Source: Catajapyx aquilonaris (taxonomy: Eukaryota). From it: a stretch of 20,000 bases of DNA. The DNA is taken from contig KZ538539.1 of the NCBI GenBank assembly GCA_000934665.2, positions 44,150 through 64,149 on the forward strand, given 5' to 3'. Positions 18,576 to 20,000 of this stretch are shown here, one piece after another (position 1 is the stretch's first letter; every line of letters begins with the position of its first letter). The notes beneath the pieces are model-generated. The model ran no database searches, was not told where the DNA came from, and saw only the letters and a list, made by a program, of their open reading frames with translations. Both the position numbers and the translations under genes were made by a program.

Positions 18576-19322
18576 TCATGCCCATTAAATTATGATATAC
18601 TAAATGTAACACTAATTAAACATTCAAATTATACTGGTACTGATTTAAAAATAATCAAATTTTGTGTCATTTGAAGCGAATACAAATCATGCCATGTGAT
18701 GACTACATGTTGGTAACTCACTGTCAGTATTTATCTTGCCCTATTGTTAATGTTTGGTTTATGCAGAAAATTAGTAACAGACAGGCCTACAATTTACTAA
18801 TAAATGAGACATCAGCAATTTGTATGGGGTGTTTTATTTCCAGAAAATCCATTTCTTTTTAATATGTCGATGTTATTGAGATAGTTAAGCTGGAGTGTAA
18901 ATTAAATTAAATTAAATTTTCAAATTGGGACAATTTTTTTCGATGACCCTGTATTAGATGGAAGTACGAGTACTTTACAATGTGTGAAGTTTTATTAGTA
19001 CACGGGGCACGCCAGTATTAAATACCATAATTATATAGGATTGCTTGCTGCTCTCTTTGTGATTATCAGAAATAATGACTACTTTAACAATATTGTCGTT
19101 TCTACGAGATCAATTTTGTTATGACATTTAAGCATTTTAGACATAAAAATTACACTTCCTCTTAACAGTATCTGTGCTGAGAAGTCCAGCAGCGATTACT
19201 GCTCTCCGCAGAAGCTCTAACTACTGCCAGGACACAAGCCATCCTCGTGCACCTCTGTATAGGTAAGTTTGTGTCACTGTATAAGATAAGTAATATCAAG
19301 AGTTGGTAATATGTGTATAATA

Positions 19323-19439
19323 CTGGGTGACCCAAACGTCTGGACACATAGGCAAATGTATTGTATAGGTTGTCAACTGTCAACCTGGCAACCGACAATA
19401 CAATACTATTACCTGTGTCCCGACTTTTGGGTCACCCTG
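19323..19439. mobile_element. Complete 117-bp palindromic Tc1/mariner MITE
   Basis: TA|CTGGGTGACCCAAACGTCTGGACACA ... TGTGTCCCGACTTTTGGGTCACCCTG|TA. Confidence 0.85.
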
Positions 19440-19905
19440 TATTATACGGGGTGCTCTGCCCAAGTTGACTGTCCAAGATGAGAGCCCAAGAATCTTTATC
19501 CTCCTGGGTACAGCTAGGGATTATTTCCATAAGTTCATAGTAGGTCAGTCAACGAGAGTAGGCTTCTCTAAATACAGGTTGATCCAAAATATTCATCCCA
19601 TTGCTGTTGGGCTGTTGTTGTTGGGCACTAAGCAGCTTATTATTAAGCGGTTACTCTTGCATAGTTACTTCCAGTGGTTATCAAAAGCATTCGCTGCTAA
19701 TGTTAGGCTGAATTGGGTGGCATATTCAAGTTCTCAATATATTGGAATTAACTTCCAATTGCCAAAATTAATGTCCCATTGGAACAACTGGCATCTACCC
19801 AAGCGTGAATGATAGAATCAATTTTTGCAGGCCAAACCAACTGCTGCGCAGGTTTAAAAAGGACGGGGACACAGTATCCAATATTTAGTAGTTATAAATA
19901 TAATA

Positions 19906-20000
19906 CAGTAATATCTCGATATAACGTTCCCGCATATAACGCTTTCCCTCTTTTGACGTCCTTTTTGGGCGGTCCCTTGAGCTTGAAGAGCGTTATACAG
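19906..20000. mobile_element. pogo/Tigger-like MITE (runs off the window end)
   Basis: TA|CAGTAATATCTCGATATAACG, repeated TATAACG motifs and a GGTCCC block. Confidence 0.65.

Overview
Eukaryotic, repeat-rich genomic DNA; the transposon content suggests an arthropod, probably a large-genome insect (inference). The window holds one spliced protein-coding gene on the + strand, an ankyrin-repeat plus C-terminal SOCS-box (ASB-like) protein. It assembles from five GT-AG exons with matching phases (~3400-3676, 6437-6592, 7561-8091, 11176-11570, 14097-14284; 506 aa from ATG 3426; AATAAA at 14424). The SOCS-box exon is missing from the ORF track. The rest is nested transposon debris: hAT elements (one complete with an 8-bp TSD, sitting inside the terminus of an older one), Charlie/Buster and mariner transposase relics, Tc1/mariner and pogo MITEs, a ~1-kb foldback element, a ~165-bp tandem array and eight tRNA-headed SINE copies. 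The most interesting signals are (i) SINEs that mix three heads with two 3' tails whose hairpins are conserved in structure, (ii) the long intronic foldback, and (iii) the divergent SOCS box and unresolved N-terminus of the gene. I see no convincing evidence of a wholly new enzymatic system.
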